Part shown: positions 56,260-64,000 of the stretch, piece after piece | How the letters are laid out: the number at the start of each line of letters is the position of its first letter | Position numbering within the stretch: position 1 is the stretch's first letter | Assembly (NCBI GenBank): GCA_036654415.1 | Contig: JAVVSB010000002.1 | Span: forward strand, 12,630 to 76,629 | Reading direction: 5' to 3' | DNA length: 64,000 nucleotides | From: Mucinivorans sp. | GTDB lineage: Bacteria; Bacteroidota; Bacteroidia; Bacteroidales; Rikenellaceae | Made by a program: the position numbers and the translations under genes | Notes under the pieces: model-generated | Databases searched by the model: none | Seen by the model: the letters and a program-made list of their open reading frames with translations, nothing else | What the model was told of the DNA's origin: nothing

Positions 56260-57156
56260 ATGTACCATATACCCGTTTTGCTGAAAGAGAGTGTGGAGCT
56301 GTTGGGGATAAAACCCGATGGAACCTATGTTGACGTGACCTTTGGCGGCGGGGGACACTCACGCGAGATACTTGCCCGTCTAGGCAAAAAAGGGCGACTC
56401 ATAGCCTTCGACCAAGATGCTGATGCCATGGCCAATGCACCAAGTGATGGCCGTTTTACCTTGATAAGGAACAACTTCCGTTTTGTGCACGGCTGTCTAA
56501 AGGCCCTGGGTGTGGAGCAGGTGGATGGAGTACTGGCCGACTTGGGGGTGAGCTCCCACCACTTCGACACCCCCGAACGAGGCTTTTCGTTCCGCTTTGC
56601 TGGTGAGCTGGATATGCGCATGAACCAAAGTTCCGCCCTCACGGCCGCCAGTGTGGTGAACAATTACGATACCCAGGCACTGGCCACCATCTTTGGCCGC
56701 TATGGTGAGATAGACAAACCTTTCCGCCTGGCCAGTGCCATCGAGCGTTATCGCGCCCTGTCGCCCCTACAAACCATCGACCAACTTTTGGAGGCTGTTG
56801 CCCCCTGCACACCCGCTGGTGGGGAGTCTAAATTCCGAGCCAAACTATTTCAGGCTCTGCGTATTGAGGTTAACGGTGAGATAGCCTCACTAGAGATGAT
56901 GCTTCGCGGAGCCAAAAGCCTACTTGTCCAGGGGGGGCGGCTTTCGGTCATCTCCTACCACTCTTTGGAGGATAGGTTGGTTAAGGATTTTATGCGCAGC
57001 GGCAACTTTGAGGGGCAGACTCAGACCGACTTTTTCGGTAATTCGCTCTCTCCCTTCAAGGAGCTCTCGCGCAAGGTGATAGTGCCTTCGGAGCATGAGA
57101 TTGAGCAAAATCCCCGCGCCCGCAGTGCTAAGTTGCGTGCTGCCGCAAAACTTTAG
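56260..57156 (+). CDS. rsmH: 16S rRNA m4C1402 methyltransferase
   Basis: HIPVL, DVTFGGGGHS, DLGVSS, ISYHSLEDR, NPRARSAKLR; TATCTTTG box at 56241-56248. Confidence 0.97.
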   Translation: MYHIPVLLKESVELLGIKPDGTYVDVTFGGGGHSREILARLGKKGRLIAFDQDADAMANAPSDGRFTLIRNNFRFVHGCLKALGVEQVDGVLADLGVSSHHFDTPERGFSFRFAGELDMRMNQSSALTAASVVNNYDTQALATIFGRYGEIDKPFRLASAIERYRALSPLQTIDQLLEAVAPCTPAGGESKFRAKLFQALRIEVNGEIASLEMMLRGAKSLLVQGGRLSVISYHSLEDRLVKDFMRSGNFEGQTQTDFFGNSLSPFKELSRKVIVPSEHEIEQNPRARSAKLRAAAKL

Positions 57157-57160
57157 GACC

Positions 57161-57478
57161 ATGTCGCGATTGGGTTCTATATTGAGTGGCATACTCACGG
57201 GGGGGGCGGTGGCCAACGAAAAGTTTTTGCATCGCCTGCCGATATTGATTTTTGTGGCCCTGCTTACCATGGTCTACATAGGGTTGGGTTTCAGGGTGCA
57301 GCAGCGTCATATGGACCTTGATAAGCTCAACGCCCAAATCAAGGAGTTGCGCACCATATCTGTGGCCACCACCTCGCTGCGCACGGCCACCACGCGACGC
57401 GAAAATATAGATACACTGTTGGTTAAATATAATATTCCGCTCATTGATAACCCCAACGCTCCGTTTGTGCTCAAATAA
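57161..57478 (+). CDS. ftsL: FtsL-like cell division protein
   Basis: One TM helix plus coiled coil directly after rsmH; C-terminal P..LK. Confidence 0.72.
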   Translation: MSRLGSILSGILTGGAVANEKFLHRLPILIFVALLTMVYIGLGFRVQQRHMDLDKLNAQIKELRTISVATTSLRTATTRRENIDTLLVKYNIPLIDNPNAPFVLK

Positions 57479-57524
57479 GAATTGCACGAAATTTGACGTT
57501 AGATTATAAAAACATAAAAAAAAG

Positions 57525-58217
57525 ATGATGTCTCCAGAATTTTTGCTGCTCATAGCAGTAGCCGTGGTCGGTTTTGCCGTCCAGTTTAAGTTAAATAGTG
57601 TCTTCAAGAAGTACTCTCAGGTGATGTTCCCAGGGGGTCTTACGGGTCGTGATGTGGCCGAGAGGATGTTGCGTGACAATGGTATTTATGATGTTCAGGT
57701 GACCCATGTTGCTGGTCAGCTCACCGACCACTACAACCCCGCCACCAAGACCGTCAACCTTTCGGACTCGGTCTACAACAGTAATTCGGTGGCTGCGGCC
57801 GCTGTGGCTGCTCACGAGTGTGGCCACGCAGTGCAGCATGCTGTGGGTTATGCGCCACTCAAGATGCGTTCGGCCCTGGTGCCTGTTACCAGTTTTAGTG
57901 CCAAGTATGCTTTTCTCTTTTTGATTGGTGGCATACTTATCATGCAGAGCTCTTCGCTGCCCCAGATGGCTTGGATTTTTTGGGTTGGCATAGCTATGTT
58001 GGCCGCCTCAGCCCTTTTTTCGCTTATCACCCTGCCTGTGGAGTATAACGCCTCTCACAGGGCGTTGGCTTGGCTTTCAGGCCAGCATATACTCTCCTCT
58101 CAGCAGCAGGGGCAGGCTCGCGAGGCGTTGACATGGGCTGCTCGCACCTACTTGGTGGCTGCCATTTCGGCAGTGACCACTTTGCTCTACTATTTGGGCT
58201 TTGCTCGACGCGACTAA
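57525..58217 (+). CDS. Membrane zinc metallopeptidase (YugP-like)
   Basis: LTDHYNP, AAHECGHA, LPVEYNAS. Confidence 0.88.
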   Translation: MMSPEFLLLIAVAVVGFAVQFKLNSVFKKYSQVMFPGGLTGRDVAERMLRDNGIYDVQVTHVAGQLTDHYNPATKTVNLSDSVYNSNSVAAAAVAAHECGHAVQHAVGYAPLKMRSALVPVTSFSAKYAFLFLIGGILIMQSSSLPQMAWIFWVGIAMLAASALFSLITLPVEYNASHRALAWLSGQHILSSQQQGQAREALTWAARTYLVAAISAVTTLLYYLGFARRD

Positions 58218-58262
58218 GATATTATGGGCCCATCACCGTAGAGGGGCCGAAAAGTTTTTTAT

Positions 58263-60716
58263 ATGAAAGTTATTAAATTCGGAGGCTCGTCCGTTGGTTC
58301 GGTTCAGGGGCTTGAAAATGTTGTAAAAATTGTCAATGCCGACAGTTCTGAACGTGTGGTGGTTGTGGTTTCGGCTTTGGGTGGGGTCACCGACCAGCTT
58401 ATAGCCATGGCCACATTGGCCTCTACGGGGGCCCAAAGGGAGTATCTCGATGAGTTGGCCAAGCTTTCCGAGCGGCACTATACCATTGTGGCTCAAAGTG
58501 TTGAGTCGCATCTTCAGGAGCCTCTGCGCACCATGTTGAGTGCCAAACTCGAGGAGTTGAGTAACATTTTGCGTGGTGTGTGCCTTATCCAGGACCTTTC
58601 GCCCAAGACTTTGGCCGCCATTGTCAGCTATGGCGAGCGTATGAGTTCGGCCATTGTTCAGAGTGTGTTGCTTGGTTCAGAGCATATTGATGCGCGAACC
58701 CTTATCAAGACTGAGCCCTATTTTTCGCGTCACATTGTCGATTTTCCGCTCACCAACTCGCTTATTCGCGAGCGTCTAGACTCCAGTTCGTCGCGTGTGG
58801 TTGTCATGGGAGGCTTCATCGCCTCGGACAAGAAGACGGGCGAGATAACCAATCTTGGTCGTGGAGGTTCTGACTACACGGCCGCCATTGTGGCCTCGGC
58901 CATGGAGGTTTCGGCTTTGGAGATTTGCACCGATGTCGATGGTTTTATGACGGCCGACCCACGTGTTATAGATAATGCCTACCTCATTGAGCAGCTTAGT
59001 TTTGTCGAGGCCATGGAGCTTTGTAATTTTGGGGCCAAGGTCATCTATCCGCCCACGATTTTCCCAGCCTATAACAAGAATATCCCCATTGTCATCAAGA
59101 ACACCTTCAATTACCAGTGTCCGGGGACTTTTATTTCGCGTGAGAACTCTTTGGGTGGCGACAAGCGTCGTGCCATCAAGGGTATTTCGTCCATCAACGA
59201 CACCTGTATGCTCACCATTCGTGGTTTGGGTATGGTTGGGGTTATTGGGGTTAACTATCGTATTTTCAAAGCTTTGGCCAAGTCAGGGGTCTCTGTTTTC
59301 TTGGTTTCGCAGGCCTCTAGTGAGAACACCACCTCCATTGGCATTCGTAATGCCGATGCTCAGGTGGCAGTTACTACTTTGAGCGAGGAGTTTGCCCAGG
59401 AGATAGCCATGGGTGAGATAGACGAGGTTATGGTTTTGGGTAATTTGGCCACGGTGGCCATTGTGGGCGAGAACATGAAGAATATGCCTGGTGTGGCGGG
59501 CAAGCTTTTTGGGGCCTTGGCTCGTGCGGGTATCAATGTTATATGTGCGGCTCAGGGAGCCACCGAGACCAACATCTCTTTTGTGGTCAAGTTGGAGCAT
59601 CTACGCAAGTCGATGAATGTGATACACGATAGTTTTTTCCTTTCGGAGTATCAGGTTCTCAATATTTTCCTCACGGGCATTGGTTTTGTGGGTGGCAACC
59701 TCATCGAGCAAATTCAGAGCCAACAGAAGATTCTCCAGCAGCAGAACGCTCTCAAAATCAACATTGTGGGCATCTCCAACTCTCACAAGACCATTTTCAA
59801 TCGCGAGGGGCTTGACCTTGGCTCCTACAAAGAGCTTTTGGCCTCTGATTCGGCCTTCGACACCACCCCTTCTCAGATAGCCGAACACATCATCCGCACC
59901 AATATGTTCAATTCGGTTTTTGTTGATTGCACGGCTTCGGCCGAGGTGGCTCGTATTTACGAACGTCTGCTTAACCACAATGTCTCGGTGGTTACAGCCA
60001 ACAAGATAGACGCCTCTGGCGTTTATGACCACTACGAGCAGCTCAAGAGCACGGCTCGTGCGCGTGGGGTGAAGTTCCTTTTCGAGACCAATGTTGGAGC
60101 AGGTTTGCCCATCATCAACACCATCAATGACTTGCGTAATTCGGGTGACAAGATTTTGGCACTCGAGGCTGTAGTTTCGGGCACGTTGAACTACATTTTC
60201 AATGTACTTTCAGCTGACGTACCTTTTTCGCAGGCTGTTCGCATGGCCCAGCAGGCTGGTTATGCCGAGCCCGACCCGCGTATTGATTTGAGTGGGACGG
60301 ATGTCATTCGCAAGTTGGTGATTCTCTCGCGTGAGGCTGGTTACCGCATCGAGCAGAGCGATGTCGAGAAGCATCTGTTTATTCCCGATGAATTTTTCGA
60401 GGGTTCTCTCGAGCAGTTTTGGAAGAATGTTCCCCAGTTGGATGCCTCTTTCGAGGCCGAGCGTCAGCAGTTGGCCCTTTCTGGCAAGCGGTTACGTTTT
60501 GTGGCCACCATGCGTGATGGGCGGTGCAGTGTGGGTCTTGAGCAGGCTGGCAGCAACAGCCCCTTCTACAATCTCGAGGGCAGCAACAACATCATCCTTA
60601 TCACCACTTCGCGTTACCGCGAGTACCCTCTACAAATTAAGGGGTACGGTGCTGGGGCCAGTGTAACGGCGGCAGGGGTCTTTGCCGACATTATGTCCAT
60701 TGCCAACATCCGTTAA
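58263..60716 (+). CDS. thrA: Bifunctional aspartate kinase/homoserine dehydrogenase I
   Basis: KFGGSSV, GRGGSDYTA, ACT domains, ETNVGAGLP, GYAEPDP, GAGASVTA. Confidence 0.95.
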   Translation: MKVIKFGGSSVGSVQGLENVVKIVNADSSERVVVVVSALGGVTDQLIAMATLASTGAQREYLDELAKLSERHYTIVAQSVESHLQEPLRTMLSAKLEELSNILRGVCLIQDLSPKTLAAIVSYGERMSSAIVQSVLLGSEHIDARTLIKTEPYFSRHIVDFPLTNSLIRERLDSSSSRVVVMGGFIASDKKTGEITNLGRGGSDYTAAIVASAMEVSALEICTDVDGFMTADPRVIDNAYLIEQLSFVEAMELCNFGAKVIYPPTIFPAYNKNIPIVIKNTFNYQCPGTFISRENSLGGDKRRAIKGISSINDTCMLTIRGLGMVGVIGVNYRIFKALAKSGVSVFLVSQASSENTTSIGIRNADAQVAVTTLSEEFAQEIAMGEIDEVMVLGNLATVAIVGENMKNMPGVAGKLFGALARAGINVICAAQGATETNISFVVKLEHLRKSMNVIHDSFFLSEYQVLNIFLTGIGFVGGNLIEQIQSQQKILQQQNALKINIVGISNSHKTIFNREGLDLGSYKELLASDSAFDTTPSQIAEHIIRTNMFNSVFVDCTASAEVARIYERLLNHNVSVVTANKIDASGVYDHYEQLKSTARARGVKFLFETNVGAGLPIINTINDLRNSGDKILALEAVVSGTLNYIFNVLSADVPFSQAVRMAQQAGYAEPDPRIDLSGTDVIRKLVILSREAGYRIEQSDVEKHLFIPDEFFEGSLEQFWKNVPQLDASFEAERQQLALSGKRLRFVATMRDGRCSVGLEQAGSNSPFYNLEGSNNIILITTSRYREYPLQIKGYGAGASVTAAGVFADIMSIANIR

Positions 60717-60736
60717 CCCTCCTCCCCAAAATAAAA

Positions 60737-60775
60737 AGCAGTGGGCGGCCCAACGAAAAGTTGTGCCGCCCCCTG
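60737..60775. terminator. Probable terminator hairpin between thrA and asd
   Basis: Imperfect GC-rich stem GCAGTGGGCGGC/GCCGCCCCCTGC. Confidence 0.6.
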
Positions 60776-60776
60776 C

Positions 60777-60790
60777 GTTAAAACAGCTTT
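60777..60790 (-). mobile_element. Solo MITE terminal repeat directly after the asd stop
   Basis: Minus strand TAA-AAAGCTGTTTTTAA (13/14 identical to the end at 29424). Confidence 0.5.
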
Positions 60791-61789
60791 TTAGTGCTTG
60801 CCAATAAAAACCAGGCCTAGCAGGTGCGCGGCAATCTGCACAGCGTTGGTGGCAGCCCCCTTACGCAGGTTGTCGGCCACGACCCACATATTTAGAGCCC
60901 GCTCTTTTGAGATGTCGCGACGCAGACGGCCCACAAAAACCTCATCCTTGCCCTGGGCAAAGCGGGCCATGGGGTACTCACCTTTGGCGGGGTTGTCCAG
61001 CACACACACACCTGCGGAGTGTTCCAAAAGCTGTCGTACAGACTCTATGGTGAACTCTTTTTCAAACTCCACATTGATACTCTCGGAGTGACCCCCAACC
61101 ACAGGCACACGGATGGCCGTGGGGCTCACCACAATATTTTTGTCCAGAATCTTGTGGGTCTCGTCCACCAACTTCATCTCCTCTTTGGTGTAACCGTTCT
61201 CCAAAAAGCTGTCGCACTGGGGCAGACAATTCTTGTCGATGATGTAGGGGTAGGCCATGGGGCCGTCGAGCACCCCGTTACGCTCGTTTTCCATCTGGCG
61301 CACAGCCTTGACACCTGTGCCCGTGATGGCCTGATAGGTCGAAACCACCACGCGGCGGATGGTCAGGGCGCGGTGCAACGGAGCCAAAGCCATAAGCATC
61401 TGAATGGTCGAACAGTTGGGGTTGGCAATAATTTTGTCTTGGGGCGTGAGTACAGAGGCGTTGATTTCGGGGATAACCAATTTTTTGGTGGGGTCCATCC
61501 TCCAGGCCGAACTATTGTCGACCACAAAACAGCCAATGGCGGCAAATTTTGGGGCCCAATCCAGCGATGTCTGCCCCCCAGCCGAGAAGATGGCCAACTC
61601 GGGCCCCATATCTAGACCCACCTGCGGGGTGACCACTGTCCACTCGCGTGACAAAAATTTAACTTTCTTGCCTGCCGAACGCTCGGAGGCTATGGGTATG
61701 AGCTCCGTTACGGGGAAGTTACGCTCTTCGAGCACTTTTAGCATTACACCTCCCACGAGGCCAGTGGCTCCAAATACAGCTACTTTCAT
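60791..61789 (-). CDS. asd: Aspartate-semialdehyde dehydrogenase
   Basis: GATGLVG, DNSSAWR, NPNCST, DNLRKGAA. Confidence 0.96.
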   Translation of the reverse strand: MKVAVFGATGLVGGVMLKVLEERNFPVTELIPIASERSAGKKVKFLSREWTVVTPQVGLDMGPELAIFSAGGQTSLDWAPKFAAIGCFVVDNSSAWRMDPTKKLVIPEINASVLTPQDKIIANPNCSTIQMLMALAPLHRALTIRRVVVSTYQAITGTGVKAVRQMENERNGVLDGPMAYPYIIDKNCLPQCDSFLENGYTKEEMKLVDETHKILDKNIVVSPTAIRVPVVGGHSESINVEFEKEFTIESVRQLLEHSAGVCVLDNPAKGEYPMARFAQGKDEVFVGRLRRDISKERALNMWVVADNLRKGAATNAVQIAAHLLGLVFIGKH

Positions 61790-61849
61790 TTTTATATTCG
61801 TTTTTATTGGTTTAAAATCAATCTCGTACTTTTCCTGGTGGCTTGGGCA

Positions 61850-64000
61850 CTACTCAAAGAAATTCTGTTCAAGGCTTTCGACATCCTTGTTCTGAGGCTC
61901 AGCCCCTTGGTCACAATCGTAACGCACTACCCCAACCGGGGGCATAAACTTATCCTCGCGCGTCACCCCCAGAGACTTGTCGGCATAGACCTTATTGAGA
62001 AATATACCAAAAATAGGTAGGGCCGCCACCGAACCCTCACCTCGGTTGACCAAGTGGGTAGGGCGGTCCTCGCCCCCAACCCAGGTCGCACCCGCAATAT
62101 GGGGTGTAACCCCCACAAACCAAGCGTCGGCATTGTTGTTGGTGGTACCAGTCTTACCCCCAACCTCACCCATTATGTTGTAGGCGTAGCGCAACCGTCC
62201 ACCCGTACCTGCCACTATGTTGTTCTGCAACATACCCAGCATGGTGTAGGCCGTCTGCTCCGAAATGGCATCCTGAGTCGATGGCGAGAAGCTGGCCAAC
62301 ACATTGCCCTGTCTATCCTCAATACGGGTTACGAAAAATGGGTCGGTGTGCACCCCACGATTGGCAAATGTAGAAAAAGCCGCCACCATCTCCATAACCG
62401 TCACCTCTGGCGTACCCAAACAGAGGGCATAAACGGGGTCGATATAGCTGGTCACACCCATCTTGTGGATGAAATTGGCCACCGCCGTAGGCGAGGACTG
62501 CTTCATAATCCAAGCCGAATAGTTGTTGCGCGAGTTGGCCAAACCCCAACGCAGCTGCCGCGGCTCACCGTCATACTCAACCCGTCCCGCCTCCTTGGGC
62601 GACCACACATTGCCGTTACCTAAGTCGATGGTCACAGGCAAGTTAGGCACCATAGTGCAAGGGTTGTAACCTAGGTGGTCGATGGCAAAGGTGTAGATAA
62701 AGGGCTTTATGGTGGAGCCCACCTGCCGTTTACCCTGTGAGGCCATGTCGTACTTGAAGTGGCGGAAGTTGGGCCCACCAACATAGGCTAGCACATAGCC
62801 TGTAGTGGGCTCCATAGCCACAAAGCCAGTGCGCAGAATAGACTTGTAGTGGAGCATGGAGTCTCGTGGGGTCATGGTGGTGTCGCGGTCGCCCTGGTAG
62901 GTGAAAATACGCATGGGCTCAGCTTGGGCAAAGGCGCGCTCAATCTCCGAGATTGTGGCTCCAGCCTTGCGCATCAACCGTCCGCGCTCGCTGTGAAGCA
63001 TCGAGTTACGCATAATGGAGGCCGACATTTCGGAGGTGGTGCCGAAAAAAATATTTTTGTATCTCTTGCGCTGCCCATCCATTAATGGCTGAATCTCTTT
63101 ACCCATGTGTTCGGCCACAGCTTGTTCGGCGTAGGTCTGCATCTTGGAGTTAATGGTGGTGTATATCTTGAGCCCATCTCGGTAGATGTTATATGGCGAA
63201 CCGTCGGCCTTTTTATTCTTGTTGCACCAGCCAAACAGAGGGTCGCGATGCCAAAGGTTCTTTGCTTGGTTGTAGTCCCAGTCGTTCTGAAAGGAGCCCT
63301 TTACGGGCTCTGAGGCCGTCATATAGAGGCGCACCATCTCACGAAAATAGGTGGCCGTACCATCGTTTTGAGTGATGGGGTGGTACTCCAGGGTGATGGG
63401 GGTGGCGCAGAGCTCGGTGTACTGCTCCTTGGTGATGAAATCGGCAGAATACATACGCCCCAGCACCACATTGCGCCGCCGCAGGGCATTATCTTTGTTG
63501 CGCACGGGGCTGTAACGCGTTGGGGCGTTGACCACCCCCACCAACATAGCTGCCTGAGCGGCATCAACCTCTCCAGGGGTTTTGTTAAAAAAGGTTCTGG
63601 CGGCCGACTTTATGCCGTAGGCGTTGCTACCATACTCCACCGTGTTGAGGTACATGGCTATAATTTCGCTCTTGGTGTAGTTGTATTCGAGCATGGTGGC
63701 CGTTATCCACTCCTTAAGTTTGCTCACCACTAGCCTTGCGGCCTTGGCCACCCCCCACGAGGATGAGGTGTCACGTGGATAGAGGTTCTTGGCCAACTGT
63801 TGGCTGATGGTGGAGCCGCCACCCTGGCCACTCTGGGCCAGCAGCAGGGTTTTGAAGGCCACCCGCGAGAGGCCTATAAAGTCAATACCAGAGTGGTTGT
63901 AGAAACGGGCATCCTCGGTGGCCACTAGGGCCTGCACCAACGAGGGAGAAAGTTCGTTATACTCCACAAACGAGCGGTTCTCAATATAGTAATTTCCTAG
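61850..64000 (-). CDS. Class A penicillin-binding protein (PBP1A), 5'-partial
   Basis: Frame open to the window edge; TEDARF, GGSTISQQLAKN, GSTIKP (SxxK), SRN, KTGT. Confidence 0.93.
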   Translation of the reverse strand, partial: LGNYYIENRSFVEYNELSPSLVQALVATEDARFYNHSGIDFIGLSRVAFKTLLLAQSGQGGGSTISQQLAKNLYPRDTSSSWGVAKAARLVVSKLKEWITATMLEYNYTKSEIIAMYLNTVEYGSNAYGIKSAARTFFNKTPGEVDAAQAAMLVGVVNAPTRYSPVRNKDNALRRRNVVLGRMYSADFITKEQYTELCATPITLEYHPITQNDGTATYFREMVRLYMTASEPVKGSFQNDWDYNQAKNLWHRDPLFGWCNKNKKADGSPYNIYRDGLKIYTTINSKMQTYAEQAVAEHMGKEIQPLMDGQRKRYKNIFFGTTSEMSASIMRNSMLHSERGRLMRKAGATISEIERAFAQAEPMRIFTYQGDRDTTMTPRDSMLHYKSILRTGFVAMEPTTGYVLAYVGGPNFRHFKYDMASQGKRQVGSTIKPFIYTFAIDHLGYNPCTMVPNLPVTIDLGNGNVWSPKEAGRVEYDGEPRQLRWGLANSRNNYSAWIMKQSSPTAVANFIHKMGVTSYIDPVYALCLGTPEVTVMEMVAAFSTFANRGVHTDPFFVTRIEDRQGNVLASFSPSTQDAISEQTAYTMLGMLQNNIVAGTGGRLRYAYNIMGEVGGKTGTTNNNADAWFVGVTPHIAGATWVGGEDRPTHLVNRGEGSVAALPIFGIFLNKVYADKSLGVTREDKFMPPVGVVRYDCDQGAEPQNKDVESLEQNFFE

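Overview
A 64-kb stretch of core chromosome from a Bacteroidales bacterium. Evidence: repeated TAnnTTTG -7 promoter boxes, Bacteroidetes-type pgk/ndk/glgB, and SPII lipoproteins; a Rikenellaceae-like placement is only my guess. It holds about 48 protein genes and one tRNA-Arg(CCG). Housekeeping genes include queG, asnA, ndk, pgk, lysA, ruvB, glgB, rseP, dxr, tal, efp, class I fumarase, rsmH-ftsL, thrA, asd and PBP1A. Also present: a galM-MFS-galK operon headed by an unassigned nucleotidyltransferase, three stand-alone glycosidases (GH2, 2x GH20), a probable glycine-lipid acyltransferase pair, and two RND efflux loci. I found no transposase, integrase, phage gene, CRISPR array or rRNA. Most interesting, and not explained by the ORF track: (1) a modular MITE-like family with GARGCTGTTTTAA ends and TWA flanks, about 7 multi-part copies plus several solo ends, often touching stop codons or promoters; (2) four direct repeats at 21/21/23-bp spacing between a membrane-anchored AraC regulator and a divergent secreted-protein gene; (3) a candidate GalT-replacing nucleotidyltransferase; (4) an orphan ChvE/XylF-like sugar-binding lipoprotein; (5) a catalytically degenerate M23 protein; (6) a heavy-metal RND/TolC pair with no adaptor gene; (7) rsmH-ftsL detached from the dcw cluster. 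All family assignments come from motif recognition by eye, not database searches.
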